Both the position numbers and the translations under genes were made by a program. From a virus, in IMG/VR virus record IMGVR_UViG_3300030516_000004: DNA of 64,000 nt; one strand, 5' to 3'. This document shows positions 26,901 to 36,959 of the stretch, one piece after another. Within the stretch, counting starts at the first letter, position 1. Each line of letters opens with the position of its first letter. Under the pieces are notes generated by a model. That model did not search any database. It was given only the letters and a program-made list of their open reading frames with translations, and was not told the origin of the DNA.

Positions 26901-27884
26901 ACTGCATACAATCAGGCTAATCTAAAAGCATTGCAGGAGCTAAAACAGCAAAGAGATCTTCTAGCTGCCCCATTTGAACAGCGAGCAGGACTTTCTTTGC
27001 AATTTGGTGAAAGAAATGCTTACGCTGAAAATGATACAAACCTGATTAATCAGAGAGATGAGTTAAAGATCCAACTTGAGCAAAAGTTGATAACAACACT
27101 TGAATACAACAAACGGATTGAAGATGCTGTTTTGCTTCATGAGCAAAACAAATACAAGATTCAAGAGGAGTATTCAGAAAAATATAGTGACTTGCAGTTT
27201 AATCAGAATCAAAGCCAATTAAATATGTACTCGTCCATGATCTCGGCAGCTCAGGGAACATGGGGAACCATGACAAGCATTATTAAGGATGCTCAAGGGG
27301 AACAATCAAGTGCCTACAAGGCTATGTATCTTGTTCAACAAACAATGGCAGCAGCTCAGGCAGTTATCTACGGCAATCTAGCTTCTGCTGCGGCTCTTGC
27401 ACCGCCTCCAATTGGTTTGGGACCTGTGGCAGGTTTGCCATTGTCAACCTTAATGAAGACAACAGGGTATGTTAATGCTGCTTTAATTATGGCCCAAGGG
27501 GTTGCTGGATTATCTGGCTACTCATCTGGTGGATACACAGGCGACATGGGTCGTGGTGATGTTGCTGGTGTAGTTCATGGTCAGGAATATGTTTTAAATG
27601 CCGCAGCAACTAAGCGAGTTGGCGTTGATACATTGAATGCCATTAACTCGGGTCAGTCTTTTGGTAGTTCTGGTGCAACTGTCATAGAACCAATCGTGAA
27701 TGTCTATGTTCTAGAAGGCCAAACGGCTGACGTGACTAGAAATGATGATGGTTCATTAGATGTACGCATTAGACAGATTGCTGGCGAAGTTGCAGAGCAG
27801 ACCTTTATTGCGAGTGTTACCCGACCAAACAGTCCTATGAATAAGGCGCTTAAACAAAACTTTAATGTCGCTCCTAAGCGCTAA
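23916..27884 (+). CDS. Tape measure protein with internal lytic transglycosylase domain
   Basis: N-terminal tape-measure domain; AIHAIETG...GGFQF...RAYHAGEG SLT motifs. Confidence 0.95.
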   Translation: MAQESRLVIVIDAKNAERNARNLGNELDSIERKGDFATKSMDGLSVATRQLAGYMAGLVTVSAAISKMDTYTGLQNRLKLVTNSQIDLNKATEDTFRIAQNTRSAWDSVIQVYQRFQDNSKALHISMAKTAELTDTVSKAVAISGASAASADAALVQFGQALASGVFRGEEFNSVAEQAPGLLKAIANGLGVNIGELRSMAQEGKITSDVLVKALTNAKASVDELFSKTDITIGQSLTVLNNEITKFVGEAGKGTGAAQVLTGSIQTLAGNLDVLTSAMMVGGAYWLGTYIPAIYASGVAVAAKTKELAAQTFAQYTAIQADRAAAAQQVISTQAVVTNTQATLAAIAAEKALEVQRLKSQITEKGRTATITRMAELKKIEAQVTRELAVAEEALAVAQSRSAAAGAATVGIGSRLLGLLGGPVGIGITVASLAAGYLLMRDNTNEANKKLEEQAAVAKKAKEELLALKGLEKDSAINDMTASFERQNQALAESSSKINIQLNAIAQLYKGNKEIVQVVNDARDGTMSMNDAVKRFNELRISKDIYNALKENSSEFEKNAKEAKNTKESLKLFGIEVELSGRKAQTAVAGIDENSKALIGNESAAQKATKAQKGYFESLQTEVLNSNEELALLNLGYSEETIKKIIELQKAKQAVAAPGTTAIVTNEEIEQIVRAQKALDNLKDKKDAITAAERKHTSELEKQQKVLSVNSKIQANAAKYGFAGIEAKYNLPAGTLSAIHAIETGNTGRTDQVNKSTGATGGFQFLEGTAKQYGVKNRKDLAQSAEGAGKYMSYLLKLFKGDLEKAVRAYHAGEGNVQKGKGIGKYNNQYWKDFQGYVAGANGYAAGDISSKDFDKLIQDTTKMAQDQAKLRLQLENDVANEVTKIRNDLAKKLEDVDKANFTPERKAEIKAELQSRADNDVAIAQQALRTKLDDYKQFNMTEEQLLKESFDRKKFNAAHDIELSKDQRDEAIKYLDQQYQHELELINLTKAARQTAYNQANLKALQELKQQRDLLAAPFEQRAGLSLQFGERNAYAENDTNLINQRDELKIQLEQKLITTLEYNKRIEDAVLLHEQNKYKIQEEYSEKYSDLQFNQNQSQLNMYSSMISAAQGTWGTMTSIIKDAQGEQSSAYKAMYLVQQTMAAAQAVIYGNLASAAALAPPPIGLGPVAGLPLSTLMKTTGYVNAALIMAQGVAGLSGYSSGGYTGDMGRGDVAGVVHGQEYVLNAAATKRVGVDTLNAINSGQSFGSSGATVIEPIVNVYVLEGQTADVTRNDDGSLDVRIRQIAGEVAEQTFIASVTRPNSPMNKALKQNFNVAPKR

Positions 27885-27895
27885 AAGAGGCAATT

Positions 27896-28372
27896 ATGAA
27901 CACATTAAAATACTGCTCAACGCAAGAAGGCTATTCTGTTGCTTACCGCAGCGGGGTAGCCTCTCAAGAGTTGGATGGTGGAGCACCACGCAATAGACGT
28001 CTGAGTAAAAATAGTTTTCACACTGTTAATGTTCAATGGAAAGTACTAGAAGGTGGTTTTCAGTATCTTGATGCGTTCTATAACGTTTGGTGTGAAACAC
28101 CAGGTGAGAAGTTTAATGCTTCACTTCGGGTGAATGGTCCAGAGTTCAAGCCTTATAAATGCTTATTTGTTCCAGATAGCTTTCAACTCACTAGCATGCA
28201 AGGTCCAGTCTATACAGTAACAGCTCAGTTGCGAGTTAAGCCAATTGTAGACTCTGAACTTAACAAGATCATTGTTGAGACTGGTAATGGTGGGCAAGAT
28301 TTAGCGGAATTGGTAAACCCATTGGAAGAACTGGTAAATGAAGATTTACCTGCTGCGATGGAGGGTATTTAG
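27896..28372 (+). CDS. Distal tail protein (gpM-like)
   Basis: 158 aa directly after the tape measure gene. Confidence 0.75.
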   Translation: MNTLKYCSTQEGYSVAYRSGVASQELDGGAPRNRRLSKNSFHTVNVQWKVLEGGFQYLDAFYNVWCETPGEKFNASLRVNGPEFKPYKCLFVPDSFQLTSMQGPVYTVTAQLRVKPIVDSELNKIIVETGNGGQDLAELVNPLEELVNEDLPAAMEGI

Positions 28373-28879
28373 ATGCCTGACTATACATCATTCTTTCTAA
28401 ATTCAAGCAGTGGTGTAGTTCCATTGGAATGTGTTGAGATAACACATCCAGACTTTACAGCGCCATTCCGATTCGTAAAAAACGATACAGATGGAGTGAC
28501 AGTTAAGCATGAAACAACAGGGCCAGATATTTCTTATGAATATCAACCTATGTCGATTCAACGTTCTACTGTCACCAATGACCTTGATCAGAAACTAAAC
28601 CTAACAATTGCCGACGTAGACGATGGGTTAATTAAATCGGTTGTGTCTGCACGCTTAGGTACTAACTGGAAAGTCCGACCTTCTGTTAGATGGCGTTTGT
28701 ATCGAGACGATGACTTAACAGCTCCAATGGTCTCATTACAGACTTTAGAGATTGCCACCCTATCAAAGGACAATTCGGGTAATTGCACCTTTGATGCTCA
28801 GGCACCAGAACTTAACAGTGTCAAGACTGGGGAAATCTATTCTTTAGAGCGCTTTCCATTGTTGCGGGGCATGATATGA
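28373..28879 (+). CDS. Minor tail protein (DUF1833/gpL-like)
   Basis: ECVEITHPDF...FPLLRG pattern, position. Confidence 0.8.
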   Translation: MPDYTSFFLNSSSGVVPLECVEITHPDFTAPFRFVKNDTDGVTVKHETTGPDISYEYQPMSIQRSTVTNDLDQKLNLTIADVDDGLIKSVVSARLGTNWKVRPSVRWRLYRDDDLTAPMVSLQTLEIATLSKDNSGNCTFDAQAPELNSVKTGEIYSLERFPLLRGMI

Positions 28880-29196
28880 ACCTTGACCATCTCCATAATC
28901 GCGTCTGGACCAAAGACTACACATGCAATGAGTTCTTATGTGAAGCATGGAAAGATGTTACTGGTCGTGATCTTAAAAAACGTCTAGAACGATTTTTAAA
29001 TGGGAAGGGCAGCTTTAAGAAACTTCAGGAACCTATTTCCCCCTGTATTGTCTTTTTTACTAATGGCAAAAAAAGCTCAACACATGTTGGGTTTTTTTAT
29101 TGCGACAAGGTTTTGCACTTAACAGGCCGTGGTGTCCAGTTCATACCACTTGAGATTATTTCTATGAATTTTCGGGAAACGAGGTTTTATAAATGA
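28876..29196 (+). CDS. NlpC/P60-like tail assembly protein (gpK-like)
   Basis: YTCNEF Cys, THVGFF His, VLHL His. Confidence 0.75.
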   Translation: MNLDHLHNRVWTKDYTCNEFLCEAWKDVTGRDLKKRLERFLNGKGSFKKLQEPISPCIVFFTNGKKSSTHVGFFYCDKVLHLTGRGVQFIPLEIISMNFRETRFYK

Positions 29197-32015
29197 GTTT
29201 GAAAAAAGTCATCATCGTTCCTGATGTTTATGATCGATCTACATGGTCAGAAGCAGAAGTTGAAGATGTTCTATCTTATATCTACCAACAGTTTGATGTA
29301 TGGCCTGAGAATGCAAAAATCTATCATGATCAAATTGCTGAAACTTGTGATGTAACTCCAAACCATCCAAAGAAAATTAATGCCCAACTTGAGCACATCC
29401 AAACTTTGGAAGGCACATTCTATGTAGTTATTGAGCCTGCTTGGTTGCAAGTTCTTTATTATGCAATTGTGGCAATTATGGCGGCATACAGTATTTATAC
29501 TGTCTTAACTATGCCTAAACCACAGTCGCCTACAGTTGGTTCATCTAACAACGAACTAGCACAACGCTCAAACCAAGCTAGATTAAATGGCCGCATACCA
29601 GACCTTTTTGGTAGAGCGCGTTCATACCCTGATTTAATTGCAGAAGCTTACACCATCTATAAAGATGGTATTGAAATTGAAGAATGCATGATGTGTATTG
29701 GTCGTGGCTATTACCAAATATTCGACATGCGAGATGGTGATACTGATGTAGCGAATATTGCTGGCACATCTGTTTCAGTTTATGACCCATTTACTTCGAT
29801 TGTTGGAACTCCGCTTTATCAAGTTGGCGATACCTTCACTGAATTGCCAAAGTATGTTCGAAAATCAGATTCTATCAATGGTCAGACTATCGAAATGCCT
29901 AATAGTGCAGTGCTCGAGTCGAGTAATGTGTGGTTTCAAAGCCCTAACTTAATTAAATCAGCAGGTTTAGATTTTACACAGTACTTTGCTGCTACCGACC
30001 GTATTGCTTTAAGTGGTGCTGTGTATGGTGTTCAAGATGTGAACCTTTCGGGCTCAATAATGGTAAATGAAGACAAGATGGTTATCATCGAGTCGTCAAC
30101 CAATATTGATAATCCGAACTTGTTTAAAGGTTTGCAGCTCACTGGTGCATTAGTGGATATCGAGACCACTACAGGAACCCCGCCAGTAACAGAGACAAAC
30201 ACTCGTGATTTATCTGGTCAATATGTGGTTTCAGGTGTGACTAAGACAGTTATTGCAGGTGGTTTTCATTACGAGATTACCTTGTCAAATCCTGAAAAAG
30301 TTAACGCTAACTGGCAGTATGTTAATAACAGCTACACCATTACGGCAGGTGCTGTTCTAAACCGAAATTCAAACTCAATAACTCTTGATGATACCTACAC
30401 AATCAATAGCGTTACAGCCGATACGATTGCGTTAGTCAATCCATCAGCCATTAACAGTGATTGGGATAAGTTGCTGACACTTCCAAATCAAAGTACGCAA
30501 GGACAAGAAGTTCTAGTCCGTTTTGATGCGGTAAGTTCTAAGTATGTCGGTTGGTTTAACTTCGATATGCCAGAAGCTACCCAAGCTGTGTTTAACTTCT
30601 TCTTTCCTAATGGCCTGTTTTATCAAGACAGTAAAGGCGGTGTGTGGGAGGAGAAAATCACAGTAATTATTGAGTTGCAGGCGATTGATAGTAATGGTGA
30701 TCCAGTCGGATCTATTACTACCATTAATCAAGAGATTCGAGCTAATAACAAGTCACAGTTTGGTAAAACGATTTACATTGATCTGCCTACGGCTGGCTCG
30801 TTCCGCTTCCGGTTAAGCCGTACAACAGCAACTCAAGCGGGTAAGACACAAGATACTTGTAAAATTAAGTCTGTGTATGGCATGGCTGATTCAACGATAA
30901 GCCAATATGGCAACGTCACAGTACTACGCTCTCGCACAGTAGCCACTGATGGCGCCTTATCCATCAAAGAACGTAAGTTGAACTGCTTAGTAAATCGCAA
31001 GCTTCCACTTGATGGCACAGGCCCTTTGCAAGTCACACGCTCAGCAGGGCAAGCACTTATTAATTTGGCTTTAGATGAACACATTGGCCGCCGAACCAGT
31101 GCAGAGGTGGACATTGCACAAATCAATGCTGAGATTGACAAAGTAAATGCATATTTTGGATCGGTCCTTATGTCTGAGTTTAATTACACGATTGATGATG
31201 ACAATCTAAGCTTTGAAGAAATTGCAGGGATGGTAGCAAGTTCGGCTTTCTGTGAGCCGTACCGGTTCGGAAGTCTAACCCGTCTCAAGTTTGAGCAACC
31301 GCAAGAAAATGCAGTCTTGCTTTTTAATCATCGAAACAAAGTGCCATTAACTGAAAAAAGGTCTTATACATTCGGTGTGCAGAAAGACTATGACGGGGTA
31401 GAGCTTGAATATACTTCTGATGTCGACGATGCACGTGTGAAGTACATCATTCCAGAAGATATTACGCCTAAGAATCCCTTGAAGATTACTACTACAGGTA
31501 TTCGAAATGAAGCCCAAGCGAAAGTAAGGGCGTGGCGTGAGTGGAATAAGCTTCGCTACAAGTACATGTCTTGTGAGGTTGAAGTTCTAGATGAGTCTGA
31601 ATTACTGATTCGCAATGACCGTATTTTGATTGCTGACAACACAGTTGTAGATACTCAAGACGGGGAAGTTGAAGCAGTAGATGGATTGATTATGCAAACC
31701 TCTCAGCCATGCACATTTGATGTAGGTAGGGATTACTTCATTCACTTGCAGATATCAAATGCAACTGTAGATGTAGTGCCATGCACAGGAGGTACTGATA
31801 AATATCATGTAGTGCTTAGCCGTCCACCTGTGCAGCCACTCGTTGTAAGCGACGATCGATACGTTAAAACACTCTACACATTAGTTCGTGCTGATCAAAC
31901 AGAAACACAGGCATTCATGCTTGAAGAACTTACCCCTCAAACTCAAATGACCAACACGCTGAAAGCATCTAACTACGATGCTCGATTCTATGAGCGTGAC
32001 CATGACTTTATTTAA
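29193..32015 (+). CDS. Tail tip / host-specificity protein (gpJ-like)
   Basis: 940 aa; NQARLNGRIPDLFG..YPDL motif; position. Confidence 0.88.
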   Translation: MSLKKVIIVPDVYDRSTWSEAEVEDVLSYIYQQFDVWPENAKIYHDQIAETCDVTPNHPKKINAQLEHIQTLEGTFYVVIEPAWLQVLYYAIVAIMAAYSIYTVLTMPKPQSPTVGSSNNELAQRSNQARLNGRIPDLFGRARSYPDLIAEAYTIYKDGIEIEECMMCIGRGYYQIFDMRDGDTDVANIAGTSVSVYDPFTSIVGTPLYQVGDTFTELPKYVRKSDSINGQTIEMPNSAVLESSNVWFQSPNLIKSAGLDFTQYFAATDRIALSGAVYGVQDVNLSGSIMVNEDKMVIIESSTNIDNPNLFKGLQLTGALVDIETTTGTPPVTETNTRDLSGQYVVSGVTKTVIAGGFHYEITLSNPEKVNANWQYVNNSYTITAGAVLNRNSNSITLDDTYTINSVTADTIALVNPSAINSDWDKLLTLPNQSTQGQEVLVRFDAVSSKYVGWFNFDMPEATQAVFNFFFPNGLFYQDSKGGVWEEKITVIIELQAIDSNGDPVGSITTINQEIRANNKSQFGKTIYIDLPTAGSFRFRLSRTTATQAGKTQDTCKIKSVYGMADSTISQYGNVTVLRSRTVATDGALSIKERKLNCLVNRKLPLDGTGPLQVTRSAGQALINLALDEHIGRRTSAEVDIAQINAEIDKVNAYFGSVLMSEFNYTIDDDNLSFEEIAGMVASSAFCEPYRFGSLTRLKFEQPQENAVLLFNHRNKVPLTEKRSYTFGVQKDYDGVELEYTSDVDDARVKYIIPEDITPKNPLKITTTGIRNEAQAKVRAWREWNKLRYKYMSCEVEVLDESELLIRNDRILIADNTVVDTQDGEVEAVDGLIMQTSQPCTFDVGRDYFIHLQISNATVDVVPCTGGTDKYHVVLSRPPVQPLVVSDDRYVKTLYTLVRADQTETQAFMLEELTPQTQMTNTLKASNYDARFYERDHDFI

Positions 32016-32032
32016 TTAATTAACAGAAATCC

Positions 32033-32057
32033 AAGCCCCTTTATCGGGGCTTTTTTT
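32033..32057 (+). terminator. Intrinsic terminator
   Basis: AAGCCCC-tttatc-GGGGCTT-T5. Confidence 0.8.
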
Positions 32058-32074
32058 ATGCCTGGAGAAAAGTA

Positions 32075-33850
32075 ATGGCTGAAGAAATCATTACTCGCGA
32101 AGAGCTCGTAGATGCAAAGGTTGATGCAAAAGACTTAGGGGAGTGTGTCAATGGTAATGAAGCTGGTGTAGTAACACCACGTTATGGTGATGCATATCCG
32201 ACTTTGCCAAAAGCTATTGAAAAATTAGAGAATACAGGTGGCTACATTACCGTAAGTTCACTTGCTAAACTCAATACCATTACGCCGCAATATAGTTATC
32301 AAGTGGCGCGCACAGACGATACGGGAGATGAGTATCGCTGGAATCCTACTGCAACCCCAACTCCAAAATGGGAGCCAACTGGTCGTAATTTCACTAAAGA
32401 AACAAAAGATTATGTAGATCAGGTTTCAGGAACAATCTCCGAGAAAAAAGTTTCCGAGTTTATAGTTAAAACACCTTCAAAAATTCTCCATGCGCTTTGT
32501 GATGCTAATGGAGATGTATATGCTTTTTTCGATGAAGATGGGCACTTATATACAACAGACCTACCTGACACTGTACAGAATGAAATATTAAGCTTGAAGG
32601 AAAAAACAAATTTAGTTCTGACAAAGGTGGAAACTGACCTTTATCATCTACTCGATAAAGATGGAAACTTAGTCTCAAAAATTGATAAAGACGGGCTTTT
32701 ATATTTAACAGGTATTGATAGCTCAGTGCAGGAGTATCTCCTAAACATCAATACAAGCACTGGTTCATTATCAACTCCGAAGTCATATAAAACTAAATCT
32801 GACTTATATACACCTGAAGTTATAAGCGCTTTACAATCAAATGAGATGAAAGCCCCAATTGGCCGCGGATTACTTCAACAACAATATTATTTAGGTAGCG
32901 ATTGGTTAAAGAATCTATCTGCGCCTGTGTCTTCAAATCGTATTGTGGTAGGTGCTTACAACGATAAAGGCGATAAGTCTAATTGGGTTGCTGATTCTGG
33001 GGTTGTGCACCCAAATGTTATTAAATTTGATGAGCCAGTATGTGGGTATAAATACTGGATGGGTATTAATCCATACACAAACACCAATGAAGATTATGAA
33101 TTGCCATACATCTATGGTTCTAATTCCGATAACTTGGACAATTGGACTTTAATCCCAGACTTTCCACAACCGTTTGATGTCGATCCACCTGACACTGGCG
33201 GTGTTTTAAGTGGTCATCTTTCAGATTCGTTCTTTACATATGACCCTGTTAATGCAGAGCTTTGGTTTTGCTGGCGTCAAACACGATATTATTCAGCTGA
33301 TCGCAATCGCGCTAATGCGACAAATACTTTCGTGGGTCGAAAAACTAAAGATGGAACTGTTTGGTCATCTGACATTATTACTATTTATCCAACCTATACA
33401 ATTAATAATGATTCGAAGCTTAGCCCATCAATTTTATATAACGCAAATGACGGCTTATTTTATCTTTATTACATCAACCTAAATGGCTCAATGTCATGTG
33501 AAGTAACTGAAGATTTAAATCATCCAAACTGGCGAAAATTTGGTGACTTTCAGTTGCCATTCACAGCGTGGCATCTAGAAATGAAATGGCTCGGTAGTTC
33601 GCTTGTTGCTCTTATACATAGCGACACAATTGATCAGTTGTTTGTTGGGGTTTCTACGGACATGAAGAATTTTAAATGGAGTCAAGGGATCTTCAATGCT
33701 GCTACCAATTTGTATAAGTCATCATTCATTCCTATTTTTAATGACAATAACCAAGTCTCATTAAAAATTGTATATACAACCGATCAAAACAGCACCCCGA
33801 AATGGCAACTCCACACTACACAAACAAATTTTTCAAGCATTGAGGCATAA
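32075..33850 (+). CDS. Tail spike / receptor-binding protein, C-terminal propeller-like glycosidase region
   Basis: N-terminal tail anchor (DAKVDAKDL..VNG..TPRYG..YPTL); VHPNV...YWMGINPY...ELPYIYGS motif. Confidence 0.75.
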   Translation: MAEEIITREELVDAKVDAKDLGECVNGNEAGVVTPRYGDAYPTLPKAIEKLENTGGYITVSSLAKLNTITPQYSYQVARTDDTGDEYRWNPTATPTPKWEPTGRNFTKETKDYVDQVSGTISEKKVSEFIVKTPSKILHALCDANGDVYAFFDEDGHLYTTDLPDTVQNEILSLKEKTNLVLTKVETDLYHLLDKDGNLVSKIDKDGLLYLTGIDSSVQEYLLNINTSTGSLSTPKSYKTKSDLYTPEVISALQSNEMKAPIGRGLLQQQYYLGSDWLKNLSAPVSSNRIVVGAYNDKGDKSNWVADSGVVHPNVIKFDEPVCGYKYWMGINPYTNTNEDYELPYIYGSNSDNLDNWTLIPDFPQPFDVDPPDTGGVLSGHLSDSFFTYDPVNAELWFCWRQTRYYSADRNRANATNTFVGRKTKDGTVWSSDIITIYPTYTINNDSKLSPSILYNANDGLFYLYYINLNGSMSCEVTEDLNHPNWRKFGDFQLPFTAWHLEMKWLGSSLVALIHSDTIDQLFVGVSTDMKNFKWSQGIFNAATNLYKSSFIPIFNDNNQVSLKIVYTTDQNSTPKWQLHTTQTNFSSIEA

Positions 33851-33853
33851 AAT

Positions 33854-34918
33854 ATGGCTACAGTAATTAAATCAAATTCTGTCGCGAGTCGATATATTGC
33901 AAGTGGATTGCAGCTCTCAGCACCAATCGATTTCAAGTCAAAACTGGATTTTTCATCCGAGAAATATATTCTTAATGGAGTAGAAACTGTACTTGCTCAA
34001 GTAGTCACAACTATCCGCGCAAGTGTGGGTGGATACCTTGACAATGATGGCGCATATATGACTGCTGCTGCGAATACACCGCGCATTCATAATGACCCTG
34101 TAGCTGGAAAAGGTTTACTATGTGAAAGTGCTGCTACAAATGTACTTGCGAATCCTTCTGCTCCAGCAACTCAGACTGTTTCAATTTCACCAACTGTTGG
34201 TAACTATGTTGTTCTTCAAGTGTGGGGTTCTGGTTCTGCTTCACTTAACCTGGGAGGAGTGGAAAAGGGTGTGGCTAACCAATCTGCACCTTTAGTTATT
34301 GTGCCAACCGCCTCAGGTGCAACTAATGCAATTGTGACTGTAACAGGAACACTAACGCACTTCCAATTATTCATATCCAACTCAGCACAAGTAAGACAAA
34401 CAAAAATCTTAACCACAAGCTCTGATGATGTTCATACATTTAGACCAAGTTTGCCTAATCCTAAACGCGGCACATTATTATTGAAGCGCTCTGAAATTGA
34501 GTGGAAGAATCCTTCAACAACAGTTGGAGCTCGTGTTTTTAATATTGTCCAGCTTCTCAATACAACATCCGGTCTTTTCAGTCTTGGGACTCAAAAGGGT
34601 ATTGCATCACCCAAAAAGGCATATTACACACGTATCACTAATGACAATACTGGTGTTGTTCCGATTAGCTTTGGCACTGCATTAGCGAAAGAAGTGATTG
34701 CAATTTGCTATGACATAGATGCAAAAACGTTAAAGATTCTAGAAAACGGGATTATTAATAATTTCACACTGCCGAACTATACTGATACAGCTGGATTTGA
34801 GCGCTATATTCTAGGTACTACGGCAGCGCAATATTGGAGTAATTACAATCAAATTATACAAGAGCTTTATGTGTATGACCGCATTCTAACTGACACAGAA
34901 TTACTTCAAATCATCTAG
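33854..34918 (+). CDS. Second receptor-binding/fibre protein, probable C-terminal ConA/LamG-like domain
   Basis: RASVGGY..NTPR..GLLCE...TN motif; IQELYVYDRILTDTEL end. Confidence 0.65.
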   Translation: MATVIKSNSVASRYIASGLQLSAPIDFKSKLDFSSEKYILNGVETVLAQVVTTIRASVGGYLDNDGAYMTAAANTPRIHNDPVAGKGLLCESAATNVLANPSAPATQTVSISPTVGNYVVLQVWGSGSASLNLGGVEKGVANQSAPLVIVPTASGATNAIVTVTGTLTHFQLFISNSAQVRQTKILTTSSDDVHTFRPSLPNPKRGTLLLKRSEIEWKNPSTTVGARVFNIVQLLNTTSGLFSLGTQKGIASPKKAYYTRITNDNTGVVPISFGTALAKEVIAICYDIDAKTLKILENGIINNFTLPNYTDTAGFERYILGTTAAQYWSNYNQIIQELYVYDRILTDTELLQII

Positions 34919-34945
34919 TATTTTTATATAATATGAGTGTTGTTT

Positions 34946-34973
34946 TTGAATAAGTTCGGATCTGTTATAGAAT
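34946..34973 (+). promoter_or_regulatory. Candidate promoter of the acetyltransferase cassette (TTGAAT-16-TAGAAT)
   Basis: In the 86-bp AT-rich gap before 35005. Confidence 0.5.
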
Positions 34974-35004
34974 CTTGGCTAACAAATAACAACACCTTAT
35001 TTTC

Positions 35005-36957
35005 ATGAAATACAGAACAGAAATAGATGGGTTGCGAGCAATCGCAGTTTTATTAGTTATATTCAATCACTTAGGTATTACCTTTTTTAGTGGTGGATAT
35101 GTAGGCGTTGACGTTTTCTTTGTTATTTCTGGATTTTTAATTACTTCAATTATTAGTAAGGAAATAACTGAGAAAACATTTGCATTTAAAAACTTCTATA
35201 AAAAACGGATATTAAGATTAGCTCCTGCATATTTTCTAGTGATTTTATGCTGTTTCCTTTTCTCATATTTTTTATTAGCTCCAATGGAGTTAGTATCTTT
35301 TTATAAAAGCGTGATGTATTCGCTAGTTTTCGCATCTAACTTTTTTATGTGGAAAGAAGTTGGTGGCTATTTCTCTGCAAATGCGGAATACATTCCACTT
35401 CTGCATTTGTGGTCATTGGGTGTAGAAGAGCAGTTCTACATTATATGGCCAACAGTTTTGATGATCATGCTTGCATGGTTTAAACGTTGGACTGGTTTAT
35501 TGATTGCTTTAGGTGTAATCCTAGGTTGTGTTTTAGCACATCTACTCTCGATCAAAGCGCCAGCAATGTCTTACTTTTTATTGCCGGCTCGTGCATTTGA
35601 GTTGATGATTGGCGCTGCAATCGTATTTATTAAGCCCAACAACTTTAAGTCTAGTAATGCAAATCTCTTTGCTGCATTTGGCTTGATCATGATTGTTTTT
35701 TCTAGTTTCTATCTGACTTCTGAAAGCATTTTCCCAGGTCTTTATGCTTTACTTCCGTGTGTTGGTACAGCTCTTATTATCTACAGTTTAAAAGGCCATG
35801 ATGGGATTATTAAGAAATTCCTTTCACTAAATATTATGTCATTCTTCGGGAAAATTTCTTACCCGCTTTACTTGTGGCACTGGCCTCTGATCGTATTTTA
35901 TAAGATCAGATTTGGCGAGCTTTCTTATCTAAGCATGGCAGGTTTGATGATTGCCATGACTTTGCTGTCATATCTAACCTATGAGTACGTCGAAAGAAAG
36001 ATTCAAAACAAGTTTAAGGCTTCAAATCCTGCGCGCATTGTTTTGAAAGGTTATTTAATACCTGTATTGGCATTTGCTGCCTTTAGCGGCTTTGTTGTAT
36101 ATGAAGATGGGTTAAAGCAACGTTTTAACAGCAATGTGCCAGAAATAGAAAATAGTATTAATGCAGCTTCGCATAAGATACGTGGGAAGTGTTTATATGC
36201 GCCAGCAGGCGAGTTGCCGCCTAAAGATGCATGTTCCCTAGGTGTTGATAATGCAGAAACAGAAGTTCTGCTTGTAGGCGACTCTCATGCAAATCATTAC
36301 TCAAATATGATAAATGTGATGCTAAAAGATGCTCATAAGAGGGGTTATGAGATTGATCAAAACTCAACTTTCTTTATGCCAGATGTTGAGCGTTATGTCC
36401 TTAAAGACGGAACAAAGAAGTTAGCACCTGAATTTAAAACACGTAATGATTTAATCAAGCATCATCTGACTGAGCATAAGTACAAGTATGTTATTTTGGC
36501 TGGCTCTTATGCTGATAACTTTATTGTCAGTCATTTTGAAGATGGAACAGGCCGAAGTAGTGCTGATGTAATGGAATCTGGTTTAGATCGAGCTATAGAT
36601 CTTGTTGAGAATACTGGTGCCAAAGCATTAATTATCAAGGGTATGCCGAAAGTTCAAGAGCTTGATCAGAATTGCCCACTTCGTAAAGAAATGTTTGGTG
36701 ATATTGATTGCGGCTTTGATAGAAAGATTCACGATGAGCATTTTAGGGAATGGAATGAAATGCTAAATCGACTTAAAGCTAAGCACAAAAATCTTGAAGT
36801 GATAGATATTGAGCCTTATTTCTGTGACGCAGAAAAATGCTACCTAGATCGTAATGGAACGCCTCTTTACATCGACCAAAAGCACATCAATTATGTTGCA
36901 TCAGGTGAGATTGGGAATTGGTATATTAAGACAAACAGAAATCATTTTAAGGAGTAG
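35005..36957 (+). CDS. Acyltransferase-3 plus SGNH O-acetyltransferase (OafA-like)
   Basis: IDGLRAIAV, GVDVFFVISGFLIT, HLWSLGVEEQFY, GDSHA Ser, DQKH DxxH. Confidence 0.95.
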   Translation: MKYRTEIDGLRAIAVLLVIFNHLGITFFSGGYVGVDVFFVISGFLITSIISKEITEKTFAFKNFYKKRILRLAPAYFLVILCCFLFSYFLLAPMELVSFYKSVMYSLVFASNFFMWKEVGGYFSANAEYIPLLHLWSLGVEEQFYIIWPTVLMIMLAWFKRWTGLLIALGVILGCVLAHLLSIKAPAMSYFLLPARAFELMIGAAIVFIKPNNFKSSNANLFAAFGLIMIVFSSFYLTSESIFPGLYALLPCVGTALIIYSLKGHDGIIKKFLSLNIMSFFGKISYPLYLWHWPLIVFYKIRFGELSYLSMAGLMIAMTLLSYLTYEYVERKIQNKFKASNPARIVLKGYLIPVLAFAAFSGFVVYEDGLKQRFNSNVPEIENSINAASHKIRGKCLYAPAGELPPKDACSLGVDNAETEVLLVGDSHANHYSNMINVMLKDAHKRGYEIDQNSTFFMPDVERYVLKDGTKKLAPEFKTRNDLIKHHLTEHKYKYVILAGSYADNFIVSHFEDGTGRSSADVMESGLDRAIDLVENTGAKALIIKGMPKVQELDQNCPLRKEMFGDIDCGFDRKIHDEHFREWNEMLNRLKAKHKNLEVIDIEPYFCDAEKCYLDRNGTPLYIDQKHINYVASGEIGNWYIKTNRNHFKE

Positions 36958-36959
36958 TA

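Noticed and set aside
32075-34918. Diversity-generating retroelement or invertible tail-fibre switch
   Set aside because: No reverse transcriptase or invertase, and I saw no template/variable repeat or inverted recombination sites.
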